A stretch of 30,829 nt of DNA from Minisyncoccota bacterium (GCA_028715435.1 JAQURU010000001.1:1-30829), one strand, 5' to 3'; shown: positions 6,730 to 15,634, numbered from the stretch's first letter. Notes: generated by a model not told the origin, from the letters alone. Made by a program: numbers and translations.

Positions 6730-6734
6730 CCGTT

Positions 6735-7796
6735 ATGTTAGAAACAATTATTATAATTTTATTGATTGCGCTTTTCGGCGGATTTTTAGGCTTGATTTTT
6801 TATTTAAAAAAGCAAATTGCCAGCGTGGGCCGAAAAACCGATGGGCAAAATCAGGATTTTGTTTTAAATGTTTTAAAAAACGATTTGAAAGAAATAAAAG
6901 AAGAAATAAAAGAAACCAGAGAAAAAAACTCATTGTCAATGGAAAGCCAGCTAAAAGAAAGCGCTAAAATTGTGCGGGAAGTTACTGAAAAACTAACCAA
7001 ACTTGATGAAACCAACAAGCAAGTGGTGGGGTTTGCTGAACAGCTTCAATCATTGGAAAATATTTTGAAAAATCCCAAACAAAGAGGTATTTTAGGAGAG
7101 TATTCTTTAGAAACGCTTTTAAAAAGCGGGTTCACGCCCAAAAATTACAAAATGCAGTATGAGTTTAAAGACGGGCAAATTGTGGACGCAGTTTTGTTTA
7201 TTGGGGAAAAAATAATTCCTATTGACTCCAAATTTTCTTTGGAAAATTACAATAAAATTGTTACAGAAAAAGACCAAGCCAGAAAAGAGCAATTAGAAAA
7301 GGCCTTTAAGCAGGATTTAAAAAATCGCATTGATGAAACAGCAAAATATATCAGGCCAGAAGAGGGCACTTTTGATTTTGCTTTAATGTTTATACCAGCT
7401 GAAGGCATTTATTATGATTTAATGGTTAATGAAATCGGGGCCATTAAAGCTAATACCAGGGATTTGCTGGAATACGCTGTTTGGGAGAAAAATGTTCATA
7501 TTGTATCCCCCAATTCCTTTTACGCTTATTTGCAAACTATTTTACAGGGCTTGCGGGCTTTTACAATAGAGGATTCAGCTAAGGAAATCAAAAAGAATGT
7601 TGAGATATTGGGCAAGCATTTGGGAGCATTTGACAGTTATATGCAAAAATTAGGCGGAAATTTAGGGGCAACCATTAATTGTTATAACACTGCTTATAAA
7701 GAGCTTGGCAAAATTGACAAAGATGTGGTAAAAATCACCGAAGGAGAACGCCAAATAGAGCCTTTGGCGATTGACAAACCCAGCGTTTTAGATTAA
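6735..7796 (+). CDS. rmuC: DNA recombination protein RmuC family
   Basis: N-terminal TM and coiled coil, NPKQRGILGE, PIDSKFSLENY, FALMFIPAEGIY, VSPNSFYAYL. Confidence 0.93.
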   Translation: MLETIIIILLIALFGGFLGLIFYLKKQIASVGRKTDGQNQDFVLNVLKNDLKEIKEEIKETREKNSLSMESQLKESAKIVREVTEKLTKLDETNKQVVGFAEQLQSLENILKNPKQRGILGEYSLETLLKSGFTPKNYKMQYEFKDGQIVDAVLFIGEKIIPIDSKFSLENYNKIVTEKDQARKEQLEKAFKQDLKNRIDETAKYIRPEEGTFDFALMFIPAEGIYYDLMVNEIGAIKANTRDLLEYAVWEKNVHIVSPNSFYAYLQTILQGLRAFTIEDSAKEIKKNVEILGKHLGAFDSYMQKLGGNLGATINCYNTAYKELGKIDKDVVKITEGERQIEPLAIDKPSVLD

Positions 7797-7807
7797 ACTT
7801 TGACTAT

Positions 7808-8113
7808 ATGTTAGCTGTAATTAAAACTGGCGGCAAACAATATACCGTTGAGCCAGGGAAAAAATTAAAGATAGAAAAGTTGGAAGCCGAAGTTGGCAAA
7901 GAAGTCATTTTTGACCAGGTTTTGCTTTTGGATAATGGCAAGAAATTGGAAATAGGGGAGCCATTGGTTGAGGGCGCTAAGGTAGTTGGTAAGGTTATTC
8001 AACAGGGGAAAGCTAAAAAAGTTATTGCTTTGCGCTATAAAGCCAAAAAACGGGTAAGCGTAAAAAAAGGCCACCGCCAGAAATTCACTGAGGTGGAAAT
8101 AACTAAAATATAA
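7808..8113 (+). CDS. rplU: 50S ribosomal protein L21
   Basis: MLAVIKTGGKQY...KGHRQKFTEVEITKI. Confidence 0.98.
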   Translation: MLAVIKTGGKQYTVEPGKKLKIEKLEAEVGKEVIFDQVLLLDNGKKLEIGEPLVEGAKVVGKVIQQGKAKKVIALRYKAKKRVSVKKGHRQKFTEVEITKI

Positions 8114-8134
8114 AACAGTTAATAGAGAAAAATA

Positions 8135-8163
8135 AAACGGCCTCCCCTGAGGCTCGTTTTTGT
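8135..8163. terminator. Probable bidirectional terminator between convergent genes
   Basis: AAACG-GCCTC-CCCT-GAGGC-TCGTTTT with A-tract on the left and T-tract on the right. Confidence 0.6.
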
Positions 8164-8172
8164 TTACCTTAA

Positions 8173-8484
8173 TTAAGAACCACTGTTTTTTACGAGCCAA
8201 TTTTTGTAATTCGGGAAAAAAACAACCAAATCCCAATTTGACAAATTTTCAAAGCCATCCTTTTTTCGCAAATTCGCGAGGCAGAATATCCAAAATATTG
8301 GAATAATTGTCAGCGGAAAAAGAGCCCCGGGCAACCAATTTAAAATAGGGTTCTTGATGTCTATTTTTATCATCAAGAATGCTATCAAAAAAGTAACTAA
8401 AGTGGTCGCTATAGTAGTAATTATCGTTATTTTTCGAATTCTTTTTTTGTCCTTTGTAAGTGCTTCCTCTCTTTCTTTCGGCAT
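8173..8484 (-). CDS. Hypothetical two-TM membrane protein
   Basis: SD AAGGAG on the minus strand, two hydrophobic segments, directly downstream of recR. Confidence 0.7.
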   Translation of the reverse strand: MPKEREEALTKDKKRIRKITIITTIATTLVTFLIAFLMIKIDIKNPILNWLPGALFPLTIIPIFWIFCLANLRKKDGFENLSNWDLVVFFPNYKNWLVKNSGS

Positions 8485-8503
8485 TTTATGCTCCTTTTAA
8501 AGA

Positions 8504-9109
8504 TCATTTTCGGCCTTCAAAAGCCGAAGTTATGGTTTCTTCGTCAGCGTATTCTATTTCACCGCCCAAGGGAATTCCCTGGGCGAGCTGGCTAATTTTG
8601 ATATTACACCCCTCTAACTTTCTTTTCAACCATAAAATTGTGTTTTGGCCCTCTACGGTTGAATTTAAAGCCAAAATAATTTCCTTAACGCCATTTTTTT
8701 TAATTCGTTCAATTAAAATACTAAGCCGCAGAGCAAGTTTTTGCTCTTGGGATTCTTTTTTCAAAATTGATAAAGTTCCCCCTAAAATAAAATAAAGGCC
8801 TTTGAAAGTAGCGGTTTTTTCAATGGCTTCCAAGTCAATTTCTTTTTCCACTAAACAAATAAGAGATTTATCTCTTGCTGGATTAGAGCAAATTTCGCAA
8901 ATTTCGGCTGTTTGGTTCTCGAAAAACTTTTGGCAAAGCGGACAGATTTTTATTTTGCTTTTTAAATCCTGCACTGATTTTATTAATTCATCAGTTGTTG
9001 AAGCAGGGGAGTCCAGCAGGTAAAAGACAAACCTTGCGGCGGTTTTTGGCCCAATAGTGGGGAATTTAGCAAAAATTTTTATCAGTTGTTCAATTGATGG
9101 AGCGAGCAT
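8504..9109 (-). CDS. recR: Recombination mediator RecR
   Basis: FPTIGPKTAARF HhH, CPLC...CEIC zinc finger, TOPRIM, GIPLGGEIEYADE. Confidence 0.97.
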   Translation of the reverse strand: MLAPSIEQLIKIFAKFPTIGPKTAARFVFYLLDSPASTTDELIKSVQDLKSKIKICPLCQKFFENQTAEICEICSNPARDKSLICLVEKEIDLEAIEKTATFKGLYFILGGTLSILKKESQEQKLALRLSILIERIKKNGVKEIILALNSTVEGQNTILWLKRKLEGCNIKISQLAQGIPLGGEIEYADEETITSAFEGRK

Positions 9110-9110
9110 A

Positions 9111-10478
9111 TTATAAAATACTTTCTTCTTCTGGTTCAGCTTCTTGGTAAGCGCCTTTTTCCATATTGCGGAAAGTTACCCGAGTTTCATCAAAGTATAA
9201 ATCAACTTTACCAACCGGGCCGTTTCTGTGCTTAGCAATAATAATTTCAGCTATATTTTTACGTTCGGTATTGGGTTTGTATTTGTCCTCCCTGTAAATA
9301 AACGCCACGACATCCGCATCCTGTTCTATGCTGCCGCTTTCGCGCAAGTCAGAAAGCCGCGGAATTGGAGGCATGCGGTGTTCCACTGCTCTGGATAACT
9401 GGCTTAGCACTAAAACAGGAATATTTAATTCTTTGGCAATGCCCTTTAATGCCCTGGAGTTTTCACTTACTTGCTGAACAACATTTTCAGTGTTGCCCCT
9501 TCCTTCCATTAGCTGCAAGTAATCAATTATTAAAAGCCCAAGGCCTTTATCCATTGCCAATCGCCTGGCCATTGCCCGCATTTGGATAACATTGCTGGAA
9601 GAAACATCATCAATGTAAAGAGGGGCTTGGGATAATTCAGCCATAGCTTTTTGAATTCTTTCAAAATCATTGTTTGGGCCTTGGTCAGATAATTTGCCGG
9701 TTCGCAAGCGCCACAAATCAACATCTGCTTGGGATGCAATTAAGCGGTCAATAATCTGGTCTTTGCTCATTTCCAAGCTAAAAATGCCAACAGGCAGCTT
9801 GTAATTACAGGATACGTTTTTGGCAATATCAGTTGCCAAAGCTGATTTTCCTAAGCTTGGCCTGGCAGCTAAAATAATCAAGTCAGATTTTTGCAGGCCA
9901 GCTAATAAATTATCCAAATCGCGAAAGCCAGTTGGTATGCCCCGCAAGCCGCCTTTTTGCTTTGACAATTCTTCAATTCTTTTCCAGGTTTCTTCTAAAG
10001 CATCTTTTACATGAGTAAATGATTGGGAAAGTGATTTTTGGGCAATGGAAAATATTCTTTTTTCTGCCTTGTCCAGCAAAACATCAATAGATTCAGTTTC
10101 TTGGTAAGCCAAACTCGTAATATCAGAACCAGCTGTGATTAAATCGCGTAAAATTCGTTTTTCCTGAACAGTTTTGGCATAATGCAAAATATGGCTGGCA
10201 GTTGGCACTGTGTTAATAAGGTCAGTTAAATAACTAACCCCGCCGATTTCTTCTAATTTGTTTTTTTCGCCAAGCTTTGAGGACAAACTTAACAAATCCA
10301 CAGGTTCTCTTTTGTCAAACAAATCTAAAATTGCCTCAAAAATTATTTGATGGTTGGGTTTGTAAAAATCCTTGGTCTGCAAAAAATCTGCTACTTTGTA
10401 AATAGCGTCTGTGTCAATCATTAAACAGCCCAAAAGCGATTTTTCCGCTTCAATGTTTTGAGGAGGAAGTTTGTCCAT
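9111..10478 (-). CDS. dnaB: Replicative DNA helicase DnaB (no intein)
   Basis: PPQNIEAE, AARPSLGKS Walker A, IIDYLQLM, LSQLSR, DLRESGSIEQDAD, IAKHRNGP. Confidence 0.98.
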   Translation of the reverse strand: MDKLPPQNIEAEKSLLGCLMIDTDAIYKVADFLQTKDFYKPNHQIIFEAILDLFDKREPVDLLSLSSKLGEKNKLEEIGGVSYLTDLINTVPTASHILHYAKTVQEKRILRDLITAGSDITSLAYQETESIDVLLDKAEKRIFSIAQKSLSQSFTHVKDALEETWKRIEELSKQKGGLRGIPTGFRDLDNLLAGLQKSDLIILAARPSLGKSALATDIAKNVSCNYKLPVGIFSLEMSKDQIIDRLIASQADVDLWRLRTGKLSDQGPNNDFERIQKAMAELSQAPLYIDDVSSSNVIQMRAMARRLAMDKGLGLLIIDYLQLMEGRGNTENVVQQVSENSRALKGIAKELNIPVLVLSQLSRAVEHRMPPIPRLSDLRESGSIEQDADVVAFIYREDKYKPNTERKNIAEIIIAKHRNGPVGKVDLYFDETRVTFRNMEKGAYQEAEPEEESIL

Positions 10479-10489
10479 AACTTACCGCC

Positions 10490-10518
10490 ATTTTATCCCT
10501 TTCTCTTGACAGTGTCAA
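10490..10518 (-). promoter_or_regulatory. dnaB promoter (near-leaderless), with its -35 inside a palindrome
   Basis: Minus strand TTGACA (10518-10513)-N17-TAAAAT (10495-10490), 11 nt before the ATG. Confidence 0.7.
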
Positions 10519-10569
10519 TTGAAAGGAATATCATATCTCTTGACAGTGTCAATTGAAAGGAATATCATA
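10502..10569 (+). repeat. Exact 34-bp tandem duplication of a full sigma70 promoter
   Basis: TCTCTTGACAGTGTCAATTGAAAGGAATATCATA x2. Each copy is TTGACA-N17-TATCAT and contains the palindrome TTGACAGTGTCAA. Confidence 0.95.
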
Positions 10570-10608
10570 GCAATGGCAGAAGAGATAATTTGAATAATAA
10601 GTAATAAT

Positions 10609-10680
10609 ATGTTTGGAAAAACACAAAAACTGGCAAAAACTTACCAGCTTTTGCGTTTTTCTAACAATACGCTGCAATAA
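10609..10680 (+). CDS. Possible leader peptide (23 aa, MFGKTQKLAKTYQLLRFSNNTLQ)
   Basis: Short ORF between the duplicated promoter and a terminator, with its stop codon inside the hairpin. Confidence 0.35.
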   Translation: MFGKTQKLAKTYQLLRFSNNTLQ

Positions 10681-10696
10681 GGCAGCGTATTTTTTT
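10665..10696 (+). terminator. Intrinsic terminator or attenuator
   Basis: AATACGCTGC-AATAAG-GCAGCGTATT followed by TTTTT. Confidence 0.8.
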
Positions 10697-10727
10697 GGAC
10701 CTTAAAACCTTAAAAGTGGAGGGAAAA

Positions 10728-10868
10728 ATGCAGGAAAAGAAAGAAGTTCTTGATGTGTGGGAGCTTCTTCAAGCGCTTTTTCATTGCAAGCACGATTGCC
10801 CTGGAGTTTGCTTGGAGTGTTTATTTTTTGCTGTTGCTTTTTTAATCTGGCAACAACAGGGTAAATAA
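10728..10868 (+). CDS. Small Cys-rich hydrophobic protein (46 aa, MQEKKEVLDVWELLQALFHCKHDCPGVCLECLFFAVAFLIWQQQGK)
   Basis: SD GGAGGG before ATG. It is below the ORF-track size cutoff and more plausible than the antisense 61-aa ORF. Confidence 0.6.
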   Translation: MQEKKEVLDVWELLQALFHCKHDCPGVCLECLFFAVAFLIWQQQGK

Positions 10869-10875
10869 AAAAACA

Positions 10876-10903
10876 GCCTATTCCCATGGAGAAGGAATAG
10901 GCT
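10876..10903. terminator. Hairpin upstream of the nuclease-primase gene
   Basis: AGCCTATTCC ... GGAATAGGCT perfect 10-bp inverted repeat with an A-tract on the left. Confidence 0.5.
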
Positions 10904-11054
10904 TCTTGACTTTATTGTTGTATCTATGGGAGAATACTTTAAATTTGTTTCTTTGAAAAATAATATGGATTGCGTAAATTCATATTCATAGCTTTATCAT
11001 TTTATTGTTTGATTTTACTGGTTGTACAGATAGATTGAAGGGAGATGAATAATA

Positions 11055-13658
11055 ATGGCTGAGCAATTGAATTTGTTTAGAAATACTCAAAAACTTCTAG
11101 ACGACGTAAAAGTTAGCGACGAACTGCAGTTGTGGTCTTTTATTGCTGGCGATACTATTTTAAACGATTGTTTAGACAATCTTTTAGGAAGCGGCTTGCT
11201 TAACTCTGATGAGGAAGCACTCGATTTTTTGGATAATTTTGTTTCCAAGAAGTTAATTGATTTTGATATTTCTTATCGACAAGATGTAGCGAGAAGCGGA
11301 AGAGCGAAACGTAAAGTACCAGGTGTTTTATATGGCAAAGGAACTGTCCAACAGCCGCTTGAATTAAGATTGGGATCGTTGAGTCACGCGTTAATCTTAA
11401 ACCTTTTAGAAGGTAGTTTCCCTGGATTAGCATCAGAGCAGTTAGATTTGTCATTTCCGGCAAAGAGGCTTGACCTTTTTTCCACTAATTGCCTTAATCT
11501 TTGCAGCGTGGAACCGATTTTTTGGAATAAAGGGCAAAGCCACTTTTACTTTTCCGGATTGAAACCTTCAGAACAAGCAAGGGAAATAGAAGATTTGGTT
11601 GGCGAGATGGGCCAATTAGCTTCATTGCCCGTGTGGTCTGGCTACTACAGAAAATCTCAATCATTACTACGATGGCTAAAGGCCTCTCTTATTCCTTTGG
11701 TTGGGAATAATTTTATTGAAAGTCTTTTTACGCCTCAAACCGGAGAAATGTATGAAGAGTATTTAATGTTTCTTACCGCTCTGATTTGGGGTCGGGCAGT
11801 AGCTGACGCCATTAGAAGCAAGGAAATCGGAGAATCACCGAAGATTATCTTTAAAGAAGTTGATATTCTTTCTTCTTACGATTTCGGTATGCACGGAGGA
11901 AGGGCTGACGGCTTCGAAGTTCTTATTAGCGAAGAGCATCGTCAAAAACTCTCCACTTTAAAAGGTTTAACAGCCGGTCAGTTATTAAAATCAGCTTTTG
12001 ATCTTTTTGGCGATAATTTTAGCATAAAGCCAATTGACCTGAAAATTAGCGTAGGTGATTTCGGAACTGGTAAAGCCATGGAAGAATATAAGGCGTCAGA
12101 GCCATTGCTTCGTCATAGACAACAACTTGAGCAGTATATTTTCTTGACTACGTTTTCTTGGTACCTTTCTTTGTGCGGACATAAAGGTTATGTTTTAGCA
12201 AAAGATGAGGATATTTGGGACATCTGTAGCAAAGTTTACGAAGGGAATTTGTTATATTATTTTCCTGAAGGCCAAAGAGAGTTTGAGGTTCTCTTGCCTT
12301 CTGACGAACAAAGAGACCTTTTTGTCAAAAGATTGGTATTTAAGTGGAGACAAGCAGAAATATCTGCCAAATTAAGAATTGTTGACTCTGCTGTAGCAAA
12401 TTGTCTTGGCAGAGTGAGGACTGCAAAAAAAATAGTAAAGACAACTCCGCCAAAACAGAAAGAAAAAAATCTTGAGGCAAAACAACTTTTCTTTGAAATA
12501 CTGGACCGTTATCGGCATTTTGTTGATGTAGAAAAAAAGCTTGAAATAGTAGGGGAGACAAAGAAAGGCGACCCAATTTTCTTGCTTCGTTTGAGAAAAG
12601 AAGAAATACCTGAGAACGGGTTTATTTCTTGCCCATTTCCAGACCATCTTGACGTCAATCCTTCAACTCATTTGTGGCCCAATGGAAGATTTTATTGTTT
12701 CTCTTGTGGCCGTGGAGGATTTTATGAAGTTGATGATAATAACATAAACGTCAATGGAAGTTCGATCTGGCAGCTGGGAGTTCAGCGAAGCAATTTGAAA
12801 AAAACCCAATCTTTAGTTATCCCAGAAAGACACCATGAAGTTCTTTCGTTAGTTCAACAAAATTTGCAGAAAGGTTTTCGCAGAAGCCCGGCAGAAAAAT
12901 ATCTAGAGGCTAAAAGGAATATAAATCCAGAATTAGCCTTTCAATACGGTGCTGGCTATGCTGATACAAATATAGTTTTTAATTTATTGTCAGCAGGTTT
13001 AACCTTTAAAGAATTAGTTCATTTCGGGCTAGTCGGGTTTTCTTCAAATGCTTCTCCCACAAGCATTTTTGTTCGTCAGCTTTTGAAGATTGCCAGAGAG
13101 AACGAATTGAAAATAGAGAAAAAAGGGTTAAAAGGCGAAACTGTTGTATCTTGGCCTTACGATGTTTTAGCAGGAAGGGTTACGTTTCCGTTAATGCTTG
13201 GTGGAAAAATAACTAATCTTTATACTCGAGATATCTTAGGCAGATCAAAACGCCTTGCGAATAGAAAGTTGAGTGTTGAATATACGAAAATTCCCCATGG
13301 AGGATTTAACAGCCAGATACTTTCCGATTCTTCAGTCCAAGAGATTATTGTAACTGAAGCGGTAATAGATGATTTGACGTTAAAACAACTTGGCTGGTCT
13401 GATTCAATGGCTATGATCGGTCTTAATAATGCGGTTTTGCTTGAGAATCTTTTGGCTTCTGGTAAAGAAGTTATTTGGGCGCTAGATTTTGACGAAGCTG
13501 GCAGAAAGCAAACCGAAAAAATGATAGAAAGATGCAAAAAAGCAGGTGTAAAGTCATCTGATTTTACGTCTATCTTTTTTGGAAGATATCCTTCGGCCAA
13601 GAATTATGATGATTATAATTCTTGGTGGCAAAGAGAAGGTTATAAAAGAAAAAAATAG
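11055..13658 (+). CDS. PD-(D/E)xK (RecB/Cas4-like) nuclease - CHC2 zinc finger - DnaG-type TOPRIM primase fusion
   Basis: GSLSH(111), GGRAD(285), ID(328)LK, Q(357)LEQY(361); C(526)PFPDH...C(548)FSC; YLEAKRNI..YGAGY, GRVTFP, TE(768)AVID, LD(811)FD(813)EAG, KNYDD. SD GAAGGGAG. Confidence 0.8.
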   Translation: MAEQLNLFRNTQKLLDDVKVSDELQLWSFIAGDTILNDCLDNLLGSGLLNSDEEALDFLDNFVSKKLIDFDISYRQDVARSGRAKRKVPGVLYGKGTVQQPLELRLGSLSHALILNLLEGSFPGLASEQLDLSFPAKRLDLFSTNCLNLCSVEPIFWNKGQSHFYFSGLKPSEQAREIEDLVGEMGQLASLPVWSGYYRKSQSLLRWLKASLIPLVGNNFIESLFTPQTGEMYEEYLMFLTALIWGRAVADAIRSKEIGESPKIIFKEVDILSSYDFGMHGGRADGFEVLISEEHRQKLSTLKGLTAGQLLKSAFDLFGDNFSIKPIDLKISVGDFGTGKAMEEYKASEPLLRHRQQLEQYIFLTTFSWYLSLCGHKGYVLAKDEDIWDICSKVYEGNLLYYFPEGQREFEVLLPSDEQRDLFVKRLVFKWRQAEISAKLRIVDSAVANCLGRVRTAKKIVKTTPPKQKEKNLEAKQLFFEILDRYRHFVDVEKKLEIVGETKKGDPIFLLRLRKEEIPENGFISCPFPDHLDVNPSTHLWPNGRFYCFSCGRGGFYEVDDNNINVNGSSIWQLGVQRSNLKKTQSLVIPERHHEVLSLVQQNLQKGFRRSPAEKYLEAKRNINPELAFQYGAGYADTNIVFNLLSAGLTFKELVHFGLVGFSSNASPTSIFVRQLLKIARENELKIEKKGLKGETVVSWPYDVLAGRVTFPLMLGGKITNLYTRDILGRSKRLANRKLSVEYTKIPHGGFNSQILSDSSVQEIIVTEAVIDDLTLKQLGWSDSMAMIGLNNAVLLENLLASGKEVIWALDFDEAGRKQTEKMIERCKKAGVKSSDFTSIFFGRYPSAKNYDDYNSWWQREGYKRKK

Positions 13659-13690
13659 CCCATTCCCGAGGAGGAGGAATGGGCTTTATT
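13656..13690. terminator. Bidirectional terminator between the nuclease-primase gene and cysS
   Basis: AGCCCATTCC-CGAGGAGGA-GGAATGGGCT followed by a T-tract. Confidence 0.75.
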
Positions 13691-15088
13691 TTATTTTTTA
13701 ATAATTTTTGGGCCAGTGGAAGTGTCTTCCACTAAATAGCCCAAATTTTCTATTTTTTGTCGAATTTCGTCAGCTTTTTGCCAATCTTTGGCTTGGCGGT
13801 ACTTTTCTCTTTGTTCTGCTAATTCTAAAATTTCTTTAGGAATTTCCTGTTTTTCTTTAGCTTTTTTAAAATCTAAAAATAAAAATATTTTGTTTATTTC
13901 TTTCAAAAAATTTAAGATTTTTTTGGCTTGATTGATGGCCAGTTCGTTTTTAGCAATTTGCTCGTTAGCTAAGCTAACTATTTCAAACAGCACTGCCTTG
14001 GCTTTGGGCGTGTTAAAATCGTCTTCCAAGGCCTGCCAAAACCTATCTTGTAATTCATTAAAAGCGGTAAAGACCAGCCCTTTACCATTTTTATTTATAT
14101 TTTGCAGTTCTGCAGCAAGGTTTTGCAGCTTTTCAACATTGGTTTTGGCTTCATTAACAGCCGTATCCTTTAAATCAATAGGGGAGCGGTAATGGCTGGA
14201 AAAGATAAACATCCGCAAAACTTGGGGCGAATTTTCTTTTCTAAAATCTCTTATGGTTGTAAAATTACCAAGCGATTTGCTCATTTTTTGGCCATCAACA
14301 GTTAAAAAGCCAGTGTGCATCCAATACTTAACCAAAGGAGATTTACCAGAAATTGCTTCCATTTGAGCGATTTCAGCTTCATGGTGGGGGAATATCAAGT
14401 CCCTAGCGCCTCCGTGAATATCGTATTGCGCCCCAAAGTATTTTTCAGTGATGGCAGTGTCTTCAATATGCCAGCCTGGCCTCCCTTTTCCCCATGGGCT
14501 AGGCCATGTTGGCTCACCCTCTTTAGATATTTTCCACAAGCAAAAGTCTGCTTTGTTTTTCTTTTCTATGCCCTCGTCGATTCTAGAGGTTCCATCTTCT
14601 GCAGCTTCCGCAGTTCGGCCTGAAAGCTTGCCGTATTCTTTAAATTTTGACACGTCGTAATAAATGCCATCAGTTGCTTGATAAGCAAATCCCTTGGCTA
14701 AAAGCCGTTCCACTTGGCTGATAATTTCTTTAATATGCTCAGTGGCTCGGGCGTATTTATTAATGCTTTTAATTTGCAAAACCTGCATGTCAGTCATATA
14801 CTCTTTTTCAAATTGTTTGGCCAATTCCTTTGGGCTGATATTTTTTTCTTTAGCTCTTTGAATTATTTTATCGTCAATATCAGTGATATTTTGCAAATAA
14901 AAAACATCAAACTTGAAATATTTTAAGTAATTCACAAACATATCAAAGGCCACGTAAGTTCTGGCATGGCCTACGTGCGAATAATCATAAACAGTTGGCC
15001 CGCAAACAAAAAGATTTATCTTGTCTTTTTTAATAGGGGATAAGGGCTCAATTTTGCTTGATAAGGTATTATAAATTTTAATTGGCAT
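13691..15088 (-). CDS. cysS: Cysteine-tRNA ligase
   Basis: CGPTVYDYSHVGHAR, GRPGWHIE, DIHGGARDLIFPHHEAE, KMSKSLGN. Confidence 0.98.
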   Translation of the reverse strand: MPIKIYNTLSSKIEPLSPIKKDKINLFVCGPTVYDYSHVGHARTYVAFDMFVNYLKYFKFDVFYLQNITDIDDKIIQRAKEKNISPKELAKQFEKEYMTDMQVLQIKSINKYARATEHIKEIISQVERLLAKGFAYQATDGIYYDVSKFKEYGKLSGRTAEAAEDGTSRIDEGIEKKNKADFCLWKISKEGEPTWPSPWGKGRPGWHIEDTAITEKYFGAQYDIHGGARDLIFPHHEAEIAQMEAISGKSPLVKYWMHTGFLTVDGQKMSKSLGNFTTIRDFRKENSPQVLRMFIFSSHYRSPIDLKDTAVNEAKTNVEKLQNLAAELQNINKNGKGLVFTAFNELQDRFWQALEDDFNTPKAKAVLFEIVSLANEQIAKNELAINQAKKILNFLKEINKIFLFLDFKKAKEKQEIPKEILELAEQREKYRQAKDWQKADEIRQKIENLGYLVEDTSTGPKIIKK

Positions 15089-15100
15089 AGAAGTTCAATT

Positions 15101-15151
15101 ATTATAAACCTTTTTTCACAGATTGCCAAACTATTTTTAAACTGATAAAGT
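15101..15151. promoter_or_regulatory. Overlapping divergent promoters (cysS and the accessory islet)
   Basis: Minus strand TTGGCA-N17-TATAAT (12 nt before the cysS ATG); plus strand TTGCCA (15123)-N17-TAAAGT. Confidence 0.55.
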
Positions 15152-15203
15152 TATGTAAAGCAGCTTCTTGAATGTTTTTTAACAATTTACAAAGGAGCAA
15201 GGC

Positions 15204-15425
15204 ATGCATGAGACAAGAAAAATTATAATAAATGGAAATAACCTTGAAATTTGGCAAGATGGCTCGCGTGATGAAAAAATTATAGCTGTTATTGCCTTGA
15301 CAGAAGAAGAAGCACTGATAGATTGTTTAGGGGATAGTTCTATTGTAGGGTTATTGTTAAAGTTTTTTGATGCTGGTAAAAAAGAAGGAGTGCGAGAGCA
15401 TAAGCATCCAGTCCTTAAAGCTTGA
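15204..15425 (+). CDS. Hypothetical protein (73 aa)
   Basis: SD AAAGGAG, plausible ORF. Confidence 0.7.
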   Translation: MHETRKIIINGNNLEIWQDGSRDEKIIAVIALTEEEALIDCLGDSSIVGLLLKFFDAGKKEGVREHKHPVLKA

Positions 15426-15449
15426 CTTTTCCTGGATACATGCTATAAT
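15422..15449 (+). promoter_or_regulatory. sigma70 promoter with extended -10
   Basis: TTGACT-N16-(TGC)TATAAT. Confidence 0.65.
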
Positions 15450-15505
15450 ATAGATAAAGAAATTTTATAATTTATTAAATTTTTGCTCAAAAGGAGGTGA
15501 AAATA

Positions 15506-15634
15506 ATGTATTTTGAGCATAAAGGAAAGATCGGGTTGGTTATTGCCGTTTTAACGGCAATAACCCTTTGGTCCGTACTTACGTACGGGCCAGCCCGGGA
15601 ATTCGTATTGGCCTGCCTTATAATACTTCAATAA
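15506..15634 (+). CDS. Small hydrophobic protein (42 aa, MYFEHKGKIGLVIAVLTAITLWSVLTYGPAREFVLACLIILQ), type I toxin-like
   Basis: Perfect SD AAGGAGGTGA, own promoter and terminator, hairpin-rich coding sequence. Confidence 0.65.
   Translation: MYFEHKGKIGLVIAVLTAITLWSVLTYGPAREFVLACLIILQ

Noticed and set aside
6657-6731. Prophage or island attachment site at tRNA-Glu (also tRNA-Gln at 18137-18207)
   Set aside because: I found no duplicate of either tRNA 3' end and no integrase in the window.
9111-10478. Inteins in dnaB or atpA
   Set aside because: Both proteins have normal length and contiguous motifs.
10702-10887. 61-aa minus-strand ORF in the track
   Set aside because: It is antisense to an SD-bearing 46-aa ORF and has no SD or promoter support.
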